64,000 bases of DNA. Origin: Deltaproteobacteria bacterium (GTDB lineage: Bacteria; Desulfobacterota; Desulfuromonadia; Geobacterales; Geobacteraceae). The stretch spans positions 10,478 to 74,477 of the forward strand of contig JAJZUC010000004.1 of NCBI GenBank assembly GCA_021847245.1, written 5' to 3'. Positions 1 through 9,373 of the stretch are shown here, piece after piece. Made by a program: the position numbers and the translations under genes. Numbering within the stretch: position 1 is the stretch's first letter; each line of letters opens with the position of its first letter. The notes below the pieces were generated by a model, which saw nothing but the letters and a program-made list of their open reading frames with translations, made no database searches and was not told the DNA's origin.

Positions 1-1
1 C

Positions 2-568
2 CCCCTTGAGTTCACGCTGCTGGCGGTTTCGGTATCCTTCGTCCTCTTCGCCGAGCTCCTGAACACGGCGGTGGAGGCGGTGGTCGACCTCGTCTCCCCC
101 GGCTACCACCCCGTCGCCAGGACCGCCAAGGACGTGGCTGCCGGTGGGGTCCTCGTGGCCGCCATCGGTGCCGCGGTGATGGGGTACCTGATTCTTTCGA
201 AGTATATTTTTCCCATTTACAAGGAGATGCTCGGCATGATAGGTACCCCGACGGAGATGGGGACGGCGGTCGCCCTTCTTTCGGTTGTTATCGTGGTGGT
301 AATCCTCAAGTCGATCTCCGGTCGGGGGACGCCGCTGCAGGGGGGGCTGCCGAGCGGCCATGCGGCCATAGCGTTTTCCATCGCCACGGTTGTCTCCCTG
401 ACGACCCAGGACCCGATCTCCTCGATCCTGACCATCTGTCTGGCAGTGATGGTGAGCCACTCGCGACTGCTGCTCCGTATCCACTCCCTGCGCGAGGTGG
501 TCCTCGGCGCCATCACCGGCACGGCGATCACGGTGGTGGTAATGATGCTGTTCCGTTTCGTCAGGTAA
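2..568 (+). CDS. dgkA: Diacylglycerol/undecaprenol kinase fused to a PAP2-like C-terminal domain (5'-partial)
   Basis: The frame is open from position 2 (PLEFTLLAVSVSFVLFAELLNTAVEAVVDL...AKDVAAGGVL), giving the DAGK motifs. The C-terminus has PAP2 motifs PSGH and SRLLLRIH. Confidence 0.8.
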   Translation, partial: PLEFTLLAVSVSFVLFAELLNTAVEAVVDLVSPGYHPVARTAKDVAAGGVLVAAIGAAVMGYLILSKYIFPIYKEMLGMIGTPTEMGTAVALLSVVIVVVILKSISGRGTPLQGGLPSGHAAIAFSIATVVSLTTQDPISSILTICLAVMVSHSRLLLRIHSLREVVLGAITGTAITVVVMMLFRFVR

Positions 569-586
569 ATCAACTAGCTACCAAGA

Positions 587-1465
587 ATGCTTGAAGGAGG
601 AGATGAGGCCTTGGACGAAGGCTCCGGCAGGAAAAGTCCCGGACTGATCGACATGGTCGGCAGGTTTCTCTCGGGGAGAAAGCGGATCACCGAGGAGGAA
701 ATCCAGGAGATCATGGACGCCAGCGAGGAAGAGGGGATCATCAACCAGGAAGAGAACGAGATGATCCGCTCCATCTTCGAGCTGCGCGATACGGTGGTGC
801 GCGAGATCATGGTGCCGCGCACCGACATGGCCAGCGTTCCGGTCGACGCATCGGTGGGGCAGGTCCTGAACACCATCATCAGCTGCGGCCACTCCCGCAT
901 TCCGGTCTATGACGGCACCGTCGACAACATCATCGGCCTGATCTACGCCAAGGACCTCCTGAAGTACTGGGGGATGGGCGACGCCGCCATCAACCTGAAG
1001 CGGATCATGCGGGCGCCGTACTTCATTCCCGAAACCAAGAACCTGGAAGAGCTCCTCCAGGAATTCAAGCGCAAGCGGGTCCATATCGCCATCGTCATCG
1101 ACGAGTACGGCGGCACCTCGGGGCTGGTCACCATCGAGGATCTCCTTGAGCAGATCGTCGGCGACATCCAGGACGAGTACGACCTGGAGGAAGAGTGGCT
1201 CGTGGAGGAGCCCGGGGGGGCGGTCGTGGTCGATGCCCGTCTGCCGATCGAAGACCTCGAGGAGCACTTCGGGGTCGAGATCGCCCGGGAGAAGTTCGAC
1301 ACCGTGGCGGGGCTCATCTTTCACCTGACGGGGCGCATTCCGATGGTCGGTGAGGAAATCGAGAGCGACCACCTCCGGATGACGGTCCTCGAAGCGGGCG
1401 AGCGAAACATCAAGAAGGTCCGGATCGTCCGCAGAAGCGACGAGACCGGGGAGGCCGAGGCGTAG
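587..1465 (+). CDS. corC: CorC/HlyC family CBS-domain transporter-associated protein
   Basis: [15 protein letters not shown] and [29 protein letters not shown] motifs; the usual position upstream of lnt. Confidence 0.88.
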   Translation: MLEGGDEALDEGSGRKSPGLIDMVGRFLSGRKRITEEEIQEIMDASEEEGIINQEENEMIRSIFELRDTVVREIMVPRTDMASVPVDASVGQVLNTIISCGHSRIPVYDGTVDNIIGLIYAKDLLKYWGMGDAAINLKRIMRAPYFIPETKNLEELLQEFKRKRVHIAIVIDEYGGTSGLVTIEDLLEQIVGDIQDEYDLEEEWLVEEPGGAVVVDARLPIEDLEEHFGVEIAREKFDTVAGLIFHLTGRIPMVGEEIESDHLRMTVLEAGERNIKKVRIVRRSDETGEAEA

Positions 1466-3024
1466 TGGATTATCGCAGGTTCCCCATGTCCGATTACAGA
1501 GCCGTCCCCCGGCGCGATTACCTGATGGCCCTGCTTTCGGGGGTGCTCCTCGCCCTCTCGTTTCCGACCCCCGGGATCTCGATCCTCGCCTGGGTTGCCT
1601 TTGTGCCGCTTTTGCTCGCCTGCGGCCGAAAGGACCCCCGCAAGGCATTCCGTCTCGGCCTCGTCACCGGTCTCTCCGCCTATGCCGGGATCCTCTACTG
1701 GATCAACATTGTCGTCACCACCTACGGCAAACTCCCCTGGGGGGTGAGCCTCTGCCTCTTCTCGCTGCTGGTGGCCTACCTCGCCCTCTATCCGGCGGTA
1801 GTTGCCTACCTGGTGCGCCGTGGCGAAGAGCGGGGGATCTCGCTTCTCGTCTCGTTCCCGCTCCTCTGGGTAGCCCTTGAGTACGTCCGCGCCTTCATCC
1901 TCACCGGGTTTCCGTGGGCAAGCCTCGGCTACTCCCAGTACAAGGTCCTTCCCCTCATCCAGATCGCGGACGTGACCGGGGTCTATGGTCTGAGCTTCCT
2001 CATCGCCTTTGCCAACGCGGTTTTCTACCGGATCATCCGCGGTTTCGTCGGGAAGGAGCGTGCCCCCTATCCGCTGAAGAGCGTGGCGCTGCTCCTCGTG
2101 CTGATGGGAGCGACCGTGGGGTATGGGTTCAACCGCCTCCACCGTCCCGAGAACGGCACCCCGTTTACCGTCGCCCTGCTGCAGGGGAACATCGACCAGA
2201 ACATCAAGTGGGACCCGGCGTTCCAGGAGGCGACGGTCTCCATCTATGAACGGCTCTCCCGCAAGGCGTGCGCCACCGGCCCGGTCGACCTCGTCGTCTG
2301 GCCGGAGAGCGCCGCGCCGTTCTACTTCCAGGACGAAGAAAAGTACGCCTCGCGGATCAGGAACCTGGCGAAGGAGCTGAAAAGCTGCGAAGTTGTCGGC
2401 AGCCCCGCCTACGTGAAGGATGGCGCGGAGGTGAAGTACCTTAACAGCGCCTTCCTCCTCTCCCCCTGGGGCGAGGTGGTGGGGCGCAGCGACAAGATCC
2501 ATCTGGTCCCCTTCGGTGAATACGTCCCGATGGCGAAGCTCCTTCCGTTCGTCAACAAGCTGGTGGCCGGCATCGGCGACTTCTCCCCCGGGGCCCGGAT
2601 CGCGTCGCTCAGGACGGAAAAGGGGGAGATCGGCATCCTGGTCTGTTTCGAGGGGATCTTCCCCGAGCTTTCCCGGGCCTATGTCAGGGCCGGGAGCCGT
2701 CTCCTCGTGAATATCACCAACGATGCCTGGTTCGGCCGCTCCTCCGCTCCCTACCAGCACCTATCCATGACCGTCTTCCGCGCGGTGGAGAACCGGGTGC
2801 CGCTGGTGCGGGCCGCCAATACCGGCATTACCTCCATCATCGACAGCAAGGGGCATATCCGGGGGATGACGCCGCTCTTCACGGAGGCGGTCCTCAACGG
2901 CGAGGTAAAACTCGGCGAAGAGGAAACTCTCTATACACGCTTCGGAGATTTTTTTGTTATCATCTGTCTCGCGGCAGGGGGAGCGGTAACCCTCCTCGCC
3001 TTCAGAAAGCGGAAAAGCCGGTAG
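1465..3024 (+). CDS. lnt: Apolipoprotein N-acyltransferase
   Basis: Multiple TM segments and TGFPW; catalytic E/K/C in [14 protein letters not shown] and VCFE; ITNDAWFG. An alternative ATG start lies at 1486. Confidence 0.95.
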   Translation: MDYRRFPMSDYRAVPRRDYLMALLSGVLLALSFPTPGISILAWVAFVPLLLACGRKDPRKAFRLGLVTGLSAYAGILYWINIVVTTYGKLPWGVSLCLFSLLVAYLALYPAVVAYLVRRGEERGISLLVSFPLLWVALEYVRAFILTGFPWASLGYSQYKVLPLIQIADVTGVYGLSFLIAFANAVFYRIIRGFVGKERAPYPLKSVALLLVLMGATVGYGFNRLHRPENGTPFTVALLQGNIDQNIKWDPAFQEATVSIYERLSRKACATGPVDLVVWPESAAPFYFQDEEKYASRIRNLAKELKSCEVVGSPAYVKDGAEVKYLNSAFLLSPWGEVVGRSDKIHLVPFGEYVPMAKLLPFVNKLVAGIGDFSPGARIASLRTEKGEIGILVCFEGIFPELSRAYVRAGSRLLVNITNDAWFGRSSAPYQHLSMTVFRAVENRVPLVRAANTGITSIIDSKGHIRGMTPLFTEAVLNGEVKLGEEETLYTRFGDFFVIICLAAGGAVTLLAFRKRKSR

Positions 3025-3043
3025 GCGGCACCGCTCATGGTCC

Positions 3044-3079
3044 CCCCTTCTCCTCTCTCGGGGAAGGGGATACTTTTTT
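3044..3079 (+). terminator. Putative intrinsic terminator between lnt and prfB
   Basis: Stem CCCCTTCTCC/GGGGAAGGGG (one G-U pair), 6-nt loop, then ATACTTTTTT. Confidence 0.5.
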
Positions 3080-3096
3080 CATAAAGGAGCAGTTCC

Positions 3097-4216
3097 ATGT
3101 TCAGAGAAGAAATCGCAAGGGTCGAAAACCTCGCCGAGAGGATTGCCAAGCTTCGGGGGTCTCTTTGACATAGATGTCAAGCGTGAGGATATCCGGGAGA
3201 TGGAGGCCGAGATCGCGGCTCCCGGCTTCTGGGACGACAACGACAAGGCCCAGCAGGTCCTGAAGGAACGAACCCGCCTGGAGAAGACCGTCGAGCTCTG
3301 GGACCGGATCAACCGCCAGGCGGAGGATGTCAGGGTCCTGATCGAGCTTGGCGAAGAGGCGGAAGACGAGGCGACCCTGGAAGAGGTACGCGGCCTCAAC
3401 GACCAGCTTGAGAAAGAGGTGGAGGGGGCCGAGTTCCAGCGGATGCTCTCCGGTCCCCACGACAAGAGCGCCTGCTTCTTCTCCATCAACGCCGGCGCCG
3501 GCGGCACCGAGGCCCAGGATTGGGCCGAGATGCTGCTGCGGATGTACCTGCGCTACTGCGAGCGCAAGGGGTGGAAGACCGAGATCACCGACTACCAGCC
3601 GGGGGACGAGGCGGGGGTCAAGTCGGCCACCTTTACGGTTGACGGTGAGTACGCATACGGCTATCTTAAGGCCGAAGCCGGCATCCACCGCCTGGTGCGA
3701 ATTTCCCCCTTCGACTCCAACGCCCGCCGGCACACCTCGTTCGCCTCGGTCTTCGTCTTCCCCGAGATCGAGGATGACATCGACATCAAGATCGTCGAAT
3801 CGGATCTGCGGATCGATACCTACCGTTCCAGCGGCGCCGGCGGCCAGCACGTGAACACCACCGATTCGGCCGTCCGGATCACCCACCTCCCCACCGGCCT
3901 CGTGGCTGCCAGCCAGTGCGAGCGCAGCCAGCACATGAACAAGGCGACCGCCATGCGGATGCTCCGCGCCAAGCTCTACGAGAAGGAGCTCCAGGAGCGG
4001 GAGGCCCAGGCCGCCGAACTGGGGGGTGAGAAGAAGGAGATCGGCTGGGGGAGCCAGATCCGTTCCTACGTACTCCATCCGTACAAGATGGTGAAGGATC
4101 TGCGCACCGGCGTGGAGACCGGCAACCCCGACGCGGTGCTCGACGGGGAGCTGGAGGAATTCATCGTCGCCTTCCTGATGGGGGTGCGGCGCGATGTGAA
4201 GGATACCGTGGATTGA
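3097..4216 (+). CDS. prfB: Peptide chain release factor 2, translated through a programmed +1 frameshift
   Basis: AAGGAG SD and ATG at 3097. After 23 codons (MFREEIARVENLAERIAKLRGSL) comes CTT-TGA-C at 3163-3169. The +1 frame continues with SPF and GGQ motifs. Confidence 0.97.
3154..3169 (+). promoter_or_regulatory. RF2 autoregulatory +1 frameshift site
   Basis: CGGGGG-TCT-CTT-TGA-C: an internal SD-like G run, the slippery CTT codon and an in-frame UGA. Confidence 0.95.
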
Positions 4217-5019
4217 TGGCACGAACGCTGTTCAACCTTATCTTTTTCGCCTTCATCTGCTTCTCCGCCGCCACCGGCTGCGCCACCCCCCATGCCGGCA
4301 TCTCCCGTCTCGGTTATGCCATCCAGGTCGGTGCCTTCTCCGAGGTGACGAACGCCGAACGGCTGACGGCCCGGCTGCAGGTCCGCGGCATCGAGGCGTT
4401 CTACTTCAAGCGGGAGAACGGCCTCTATGCCGTGCGCTTCGGTGATTTTCCGACCAGGGCCGCAGCCCTAGCCAACGCCCGGAAGCTTGTGTCGGACGGG
4501 ATGATCGGCGCCTATTTCATCGCCCCTCCCCGGCAACTCCCCTCAACAAAGAGCGAGACCGTTATCCGCAAGGCGCCGGCGCCTTCGCTGTCCCGCCTTC
4601 CGGACGAAACCCGCAAGAAACGCGAAGAAGCAACGGGTGGCGACCGGGACATGGGAGCCATCGCCGCCCGCACCGCCGAGCGTTTCGTCGGCATCCCCTA
4701 CCGCTGGGGGGGTAACACGGTGGTGGACGGCATGGACTGCAGCGGCTTTGCCCGTGCGGTCTATAACCTCTGCGGTGTGAGCATTCCCCGCACCTCCCGC
4801 GAACAGTTCCGGACCGGTGACACGGTCGCGCGCGAGGACCTGCGGGACGGCGACCTCGTCTTCTTCGGCACTTCGGAGCAGAGCATCAACCACGTCGGGA
4901 TCTACGTCGGCGACGGCAAGTTCGTCCACGCCCCGCGCCGTGGCGACGACATCAAGATTTCGTCCCTCGACGAGAGCTACTTCGCGAAGAAGTTCATGGG
5001 GGGACGGCGGTATTTCTGA
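4216..5019 (+). CDS. SPOR-domain NlpC/P60 peptidoglycan endopeptidase, probable lipoprotein
   Basis: Signal peptide ending SAATGC; YAIQVGAF (SPOR); PYRWGG, DCSGF, HVGIY and FVHAP (Cys-His-His triad). Confidence 0.9.
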   Translation: MARTLFNLIFFAFICFSAATGCATPHAGISRLGYAIQVGAFSEVTNAERLTARLQVRGIEAFYFKRENGLYAVRFGDFPTRAAALANARKLVSDGMIGAYFIAPPRQLPSTKSETVIRKAPAPSLSRLPDETRKKREEATGGDRDMGAIAARTAERFVGIPYRWGGNTVVDGMDCSGFARAVYNLCGVSIPRTSREQFRTGDTVAREDLRDGDLVFFGTSEQSINHVGIYVGDGKFVHAPRRGDDIKISSLDESYFAKKFMGGRRYF

Positions 5020-5118
5020 CTCCCCGTCGGACGGGGAACCGACCGCCGCCGGCCATGATGGCGCGGACGATGGAGGTTTCGGTTTGTCCGGGGGCAATTC
5101 GTTTCGTTCGAGGTATAC

Positions 5119-6360
5119 ATGGCACTGATCAAACCTTTCCGGGCGCTTCGCCCGCCTAAGCATCTTGCCGAGAAGGTGGCGGCGCTCCCCTACGACGTCA
5201 TGAACGTCGAGGAGGCGAAGTGGATGGCCGAGGGTAATCCTTTCAGCTTTCTTCATGTTTCCCGGCCGGAGATCGATCTCCCGGCGGAGACCGACCCCTA
5301 CGCCGACGTGGTCTACGAAGCGGGGCGGAAGAACCTGGAACGCTTCATGGAGGAGGGGATCCTCGCCCAGGATCCGGAGGAGCATTACTACGTCTATCGC
5401 CAGCGGATGGGGATGATTGTCCAGACAGGGCTCGTGGTCTGTGCCGGGGTGGACGACTACGAGAGCGGCGTCATCAAGAAACACGAGCTGACCCGTGCCG
5501 ACAAGGAAGAAGACCGGGTAAAGCATATCGACCGCCTGGACGCCAACGACGAGCCGGTCTTCTACACCTACCGCAACGAACCGGCGATCACCGCCATGGT
5601 AGCCGGGGTTGCCGAAGGGGAGCCCGAGTACGACTTCGTCACCTCCGACGGCGTGGGACATACGCTCTGGATGGTCCGCGACCCCGCGGTCATTGCCGAA
5701 CTGACCGCCCGGTTCGCCGCCATTCCGACCCTCTACGTGGCGGACGGCCATCACCGGAGTGCGGCGGCGGGGCGGGTGCGCGGGCTTCGCCGTGACGCGA
5801 ACCCGGCCCATGACGGAACCGAGGAGTACAACTGGTTTCTCACCGTCATCTTTCCCGACTCCGAGATGAACATCATGCCTTACAACCGGGTCGTGAAAGA
5901 CCTGAACGGCCTGTCCGTGGCCGACTTCATGGTGCGGGTCGGCGGCTGCTTCGACATCACGCCGGTGGAGAATGGGTTCGCCCCAGCGCAGCGGCACGAG
6001 TTCGGCATGTATCTGGAGGGTCGCTGGTACCGGCTCGTTGCGAAACCAGGGAGCTACGACGAGGAAGACACGGTTTCCCGCCTCGATGTCTCCATCCTGC
6101 AGAATAACCTCCTGAGCCCCGATCTGGCGATCCGCAACCCCCGCACCGACCAGCGGGTCGCCTTCGTTGGCGGCATTCGGGGGGTCGACGAGCTTGAACG
6201 GCTCGTCGCGGGGGAGGGCTACCGCGTGGCATTCTCCCTCCACCCGACTTCCATGGCGGAGTTGATGCAGCTGGCGGACGCCGGGAAGATCATGCCTCCG
6301 AAGTCGACCTGGTTCGAGCCGAAGCTAAGGAGCGGGCTCTTCGTCCATCGCCTCTCGTAG
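5119..6360 (+). CDS. DUF1015 family protein
   Basis: ALPYDV, IKKHELT, YVADGHHRSAA and the C-terminal MPPKSTWFEPKLRSGL signature. Confidence 0.88.
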   Translation: MALIKPFRALRPPKHLAEKVAALPYDVMNVEEAKWMAEGNPFSFLHVSRPEIDLPAETDPYADVVYEAGRKNLERFMEEGILAQDPEEHYYVYRQRMGMIVQTGLVVCAGVDDYESGVIKKHELTRADKEEDRVKHIDRLDANDEPVFYTYRNEPAITAMVAGVAEGEPEYDFVTSDGVGHTLWMVRDPAVIAELTARFAAIPTLYVADGHHRSAAAGRVRGLRRDANPAHDGTEEYNWFLTVIFPDSEMNIMPYNRVVKDLNGLSVADFMVRVGGCFDITPVENGFAPAQRHEFGMYLEGRWYRLVAKPGSYDEEDTVSRLDVSILQNNLLSPDLAIRNPRTDQRVAFVGGIRGVDELERLVAGEGYRVAFSLHPTSMAELMQLADAGKIMPPKSTWFEPKLRSGLFVHRLS

Positions 6361-6394
6361 GAGCTAACGGGATAGATCATTGGGGGAGGTAATC

Positions 6395-6859
6395 GTGAGA
6401 TCAGTTGAAAGGTTGCTCGTCCTGCTGCTTCTGGTGGCGGCTGTCGCCATTGCGGCCTGTTCGGACAAGGAGACGAGGTCGCCAGGGGGTGCCAGGCCGG
6501 AAGTTTCCGCCACTGCCTTGACCAAAACTCCCTCGGGGCTCGCTTACCAGGACTTGGTGGTCGGAGCGGGAGCCGGGCCGACCAGGGGGAAAGCGGTTAA
6601 GGTCCACTACACGGGATGGCTGGAGAACGGCACCAAGTTCGACAGCTCCGTCGACCGGGGCGAGCCGTTCGTCTTCACCATCGGCGCCGGCGAGGTGATC
6701 CCCGGCTGGGACGAGGGGGTCATGACGATGAAAGTCGGGGGGAAGCGGAGGCTCGTCATTCCGCCGCAGCTGGGCTACGGCGCCGCCGGGGCGGGAGGTG
6801 TCATCCCCCCCAACGCCACCCTCATCTTCGAGGTGGAACTTCTCGACGTGGCGAAGTGA
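6395..6859 (+). CDS. FKBP-type peptidyl-prolyl cis-trans isomerase, probable lipoprotein
   Basis: GGAGG SD then GTG at 6395; IAAC lipobox-like motif; VHYTGWL, FDSS, VIPGWDEG, IPPNATLIFEVEL. Confidence 0.93.
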   Translation: MRSVERLLVLLLLVAAVAIAACSDKETRSPGGARPEVSATALTKTPSGLAYQDLVVGAGAGPTRGKAVKVHYTGWLENGTKFDSSVDRGEPFVFTIGAGEVIPGWDEGVMTMKVGGKRRLVIPPQLGYGAAGAGGVIPPNATLIFEVELLDVAK

Positions 6860-6939
6860 TCGGTTTGCCGGCCAACGGCCGGTCATGGTGGCCGGCGGTG
6901 CCGTTTTTGAATGTCAGATTGTGATGCCAGGGAGGGCGT

Positions 6940-7953
6940 ATGCGGTTTTTCTTGGTCGTTCTTGTATTCTTTGCGTCTGCGGCAGCGGCGGCGGCAGGGA
7001 GTGAGGTCTGCTATTTTCTGGACGGTGCGCGGTTCGAGCGCGACGCGGTTGCGTCGAAGGGGTATGTCGAGATTCCGCTTCCCGCCGCCTTCATCCCCGG
7101 CTCGTTTCGGGCAAAGGGGGATGCGGGGAGTCTCATCGACCGGATCGAGATCGTGGCGTCCCCCACGGATGCCAGGACGTCCCGGGAGCTGAAGGCGCTG
7201 ACCGAACGGCGTAAGGGGGTCGAAGACCGGCTCCGGGCGCTGGAGGTCCGGGAGGAGATTTTCAGGGCGGCAGCCAGGTCCCAGAGCAGCAAGGCCCCCC
7301 GCAAGACCAAGAACAATCCGGAACCGCTCGATACGATCCGCAAGGGTACCGAATACGCCGTTTCGCAGCTCGAAGAGGTTTTCCGGGGGCGCCGTCGCGC
7401 CGAGGAAGGACTGAAGGAGATCGACCAGCGGCTCGCGGCCCTGCGCCGGAAGAGCGGTGCCGGAGGCAGCACCGCGCGGGTCTGGCTGAAGGGAAAAGGG
7501 CACGTCAGGTACAGCTTTCTGGTTTCCGGCGGCGGATGGACCCCGTTTTACGATTTCAGGCTCGCCGGCAAGGGTGACATCGCCGTGGCGGTAAGGGCTG
7601 TGTTACCCGGGGGCGAGAGGGGAAGGGTGACGGTCGCCGCGTCACGCCTTGCCGAGGCCGGCGTGCAACCACGCGTAGTCGCGGTTTCGGGCAACTTCGC
7701 CCCGGTGGCGAACTACTCGCTTCCGGTCGAACGGCGCGAGCTGCTCTCCTCCCTTCAGCACGGCATAGCCGTTTCGTTTCGGAACGCGACCGCCGATCGG
7801 CTCGTTGCCGGCGAGGGGGCCTGCTATCTGGAGGGAGAGTACCTCGGGGCGGTCCGCTTCGACGGTGCCGCGCCGGGGGAGGCGGGGAAGATTGCCGCCG
7901 GATCGTGGAGCGGGGCGCGGGCCGAAGCTGCCGCAGCGGGGAGTCGCGACTGA
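6940..7953 (+). CDS. Secreted hypothetical protein with central coiled coil (DUF4140/DUF4139-like)
   Basis: N-terminal signal peptide, a charged helical middle region and a GWTPFYDFR motif typical of DUF4139/4140 proteins. Confidence 0.6.
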   Translation: MRFFLVVLVFFASAAAAAAGSEVCYFLDGARFERDAVASKGYVEIPLPAAFIPGSFRAKGDAGSLIDRIEIVASPTDARTSRELKALTERRKGVEDRLRALEVREEIFRAAARSQSSKAPRKTKNNPEPLDTIRKGTEYAVSQLEEVFRGRRRAEEGLKEIDQRLAALRRKSGAGGSTARVWLKGKGHVRYSFLVSGGGWTPFYDFRLAGKGDIAVAVRAVLPGGERGRVTVAASRLAEAGVQPRVVAVSGNFAPVANYSLPVERRELLSSLQHGIAVSFRNATADRLVAGEGACYLEGEYLGAVRFDGAAPGEAGKIAAGSWSGARAEAAAAGSRD

Positions 7954-7991
7954 GGAAACGTGAATTGCCTATTCCAGTTCGGGAGAACGTT

Positions 7992-9200
7992 ATGAAAAAT
8001 GGTCTGTGCAGGCTGGTTTCACTTCTCGGGCTCGCAATCCTGGCCGGCTGCGCCAGCGGGGAGCCGTCGGCCAAGGATTCGACGGAACTCTCCGCCCCTT
8101 TTAACGCCCAGTCGGTCGTTTTCAAGAACAACAGCTCCGCCTGGATCATGGGGAACAACGGTTCGGGGCAGCTCGGCAACGGCGCCACCGCCAATCTCGC
8201 CACGCCGGCGGTGCTCAAGCTCTCCTTTTCCCTCGACGGAAACCGTAGCGCCGTCTCCGTCGGCGGGAGTCATACCCTCGCCTTCCAGCGGCAGGCAATG
8301 GCCAACTACAGCACCGTGTGGGCCTGGGGAAGCAACGGCGCCGGCCAGCTCGGCCGCAGTCCCGCTTCCCTTGGCACGAGTTCGACGCCGGTGAAGGTCG
8401 GCGGATTTTCCGCCCCGATCACGGCCGTGGCTGCCGGCGGGACCCACAGCCTCGCCCTCGACGCCAACGGGGCGGTCTGGGCGTGGGGGGGGAACACCTA
8501 CGGTCAGGCGGCGTTCAGCAACCTCTCGACGGTCCGTTCCGTTCCCGCGATGGTGCCAGGCCTCGGCATTACGGCCACCGGCATTGCGGCAGGCGGGAGT
8601 CACAGCATCGCCTATAACGCCACCCAGGTGATGGCTTGGGGGCGAAACGTCAACGGCCAGCTCGGAAACGGCTCGACGACCGATTCCATCACGCCGGTGC
8701 TGGTGCAGGGGCTTACCGGCGTGACAAAGGTCGCGGCCGGGGGAAGCCACAACCTGGCCCTCGTTGGCAGTGGGCAGCTCTGGGTCTGGGGCTACAACGG
8801 CTTCGGCCAGCTCGGCGACGGGACGATCGTTGACCGCACTGCTCCGGAGCTGATTGTGATTCCCGGTAATCTCACGGTGATCGACATCGGCGCCGGCCTG
8901 GATCATTCGGTGGTGTTGACCGCCGACGGGCGGGTCTGGACCTGGGGGTACAACCTGGCCGGCCAGCTCGGTTACGCGACCTTGCCCAATCTGTATCTCG
9001 CGTTACCAACCCGGATCGAGACCGACGAGAATGGCAACCCGTTCGACAATGTTGCGAGGATCGTCCTGGTGGGTGGCCATCACACCATCGTGCAAAAGGG
9101 TGACGGCACCTACTGGGTCTGGGGTTACAATGCGTACGGCCAGCTCGGCGACGGAACGACCACCAATCGGTTCGCCCCCCGGCAGATCACGCTTCCGTGA
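7992..9200 (+). CDS. RCC1/BLIP-II-like beta-propeller lipoprotein
   Basis: LAGC lipobox; repeated (A/G)GGxHxLA...WxWGxNxxGQLG units. The ATG at 7992 follows GGAG. Confidence 0.88.
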   Translation: MKNGLCRLVSLLGLAILAGCASGEPSAKDSTELSAPFNAQSVVFKNNSSAWIMGNNGSGQLGNGATANLATPAVLKLSFSLDGNRSAVSVGGSHTLAFQRQAMANYSTVWAWGSNGAGQLGRSPASLGTSSTPVKVGGFSAPITAVAAGGTHSLALDANGAVWAWGGNTYGQAAFSNLSTVRSVPAMVPGLGITATGIAAGGSHSIAYNATQVMAWGRNVNGQLGNGSTTDSITPVLVQGLTGVTKVAAGGSHNLALVGSGQLWVWGYNGFGQLGDGTIVDRTAPELIVIPGNLTVIDIGAGLDHSVVLTADGRVWTWGYNLAGQLGYATLPNLYLALPTRIETDENGNPFDNVARIVLVGGHHTIVQKGDGTYWVWGYNAYGQLGDGTTTNRFAPRQITLP

Positions 9201-9253
9201 GGGGTGCCGTCCCGACGTGGGGTGCAACCGCAGAATAACCCCGCGAAGTCAGG

Positions 9254-9285
9254 CAGGGAGCCCTATTGTGGCTCCCTGATTTTGT
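9254..9285 (+). terminator. Putative intrinsic terminator after the RCC1 gene
   Basis: Perfect 9-bp stem CAGGGAGCC/GGCTCCCTG, 7-nt loop, then ATTTTGT. Confidence 0.6.
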
Positions 9286-9286
9286 C

Positions 9287-9315
9287 TTGACTTGGCAGGT
9301 TGAGTGGGCTAATTT
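9287..9315 (+). promoter_or_regulatory. Sigma70-type promoter for the lysS-envelope cluster
   Basis: TTGACT (9287-9292), 17-nt spacer, TAATTT (9310-9315). Confidence 0.65.
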
Positions 9316-9373
9316 GGCGGTTTGTGAAACCGGCTGAATGAGGCCACAGGAAAGGGATTACACGGTACCTACC

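Noticed and set aside
3143-4216. ORF-track prfB starting MPSFGG, or prfB as a frameshifted pseudogene
   Set aside because: Explained by the canonical programmed +1 frameshift, with the real start at 3097.
6867-6908. Overlapping GC-rich hairpins after the FKBP gene as a regulatory switch
   Set aside because: Alternative pairings of GGCC/CCGG runs are expected at this GC content; at most a weak terminator.
9201-9373. Structured lysS leader as a lysine riboswitch, T-box or cyclic-dinucleotide riboswitch
   Set aside because: I recognised no consensus motifs. The hairpin lies upstream of the predicted promoter and is better explained as the RCC1 gene terminator. An Rfam scan would settle it.
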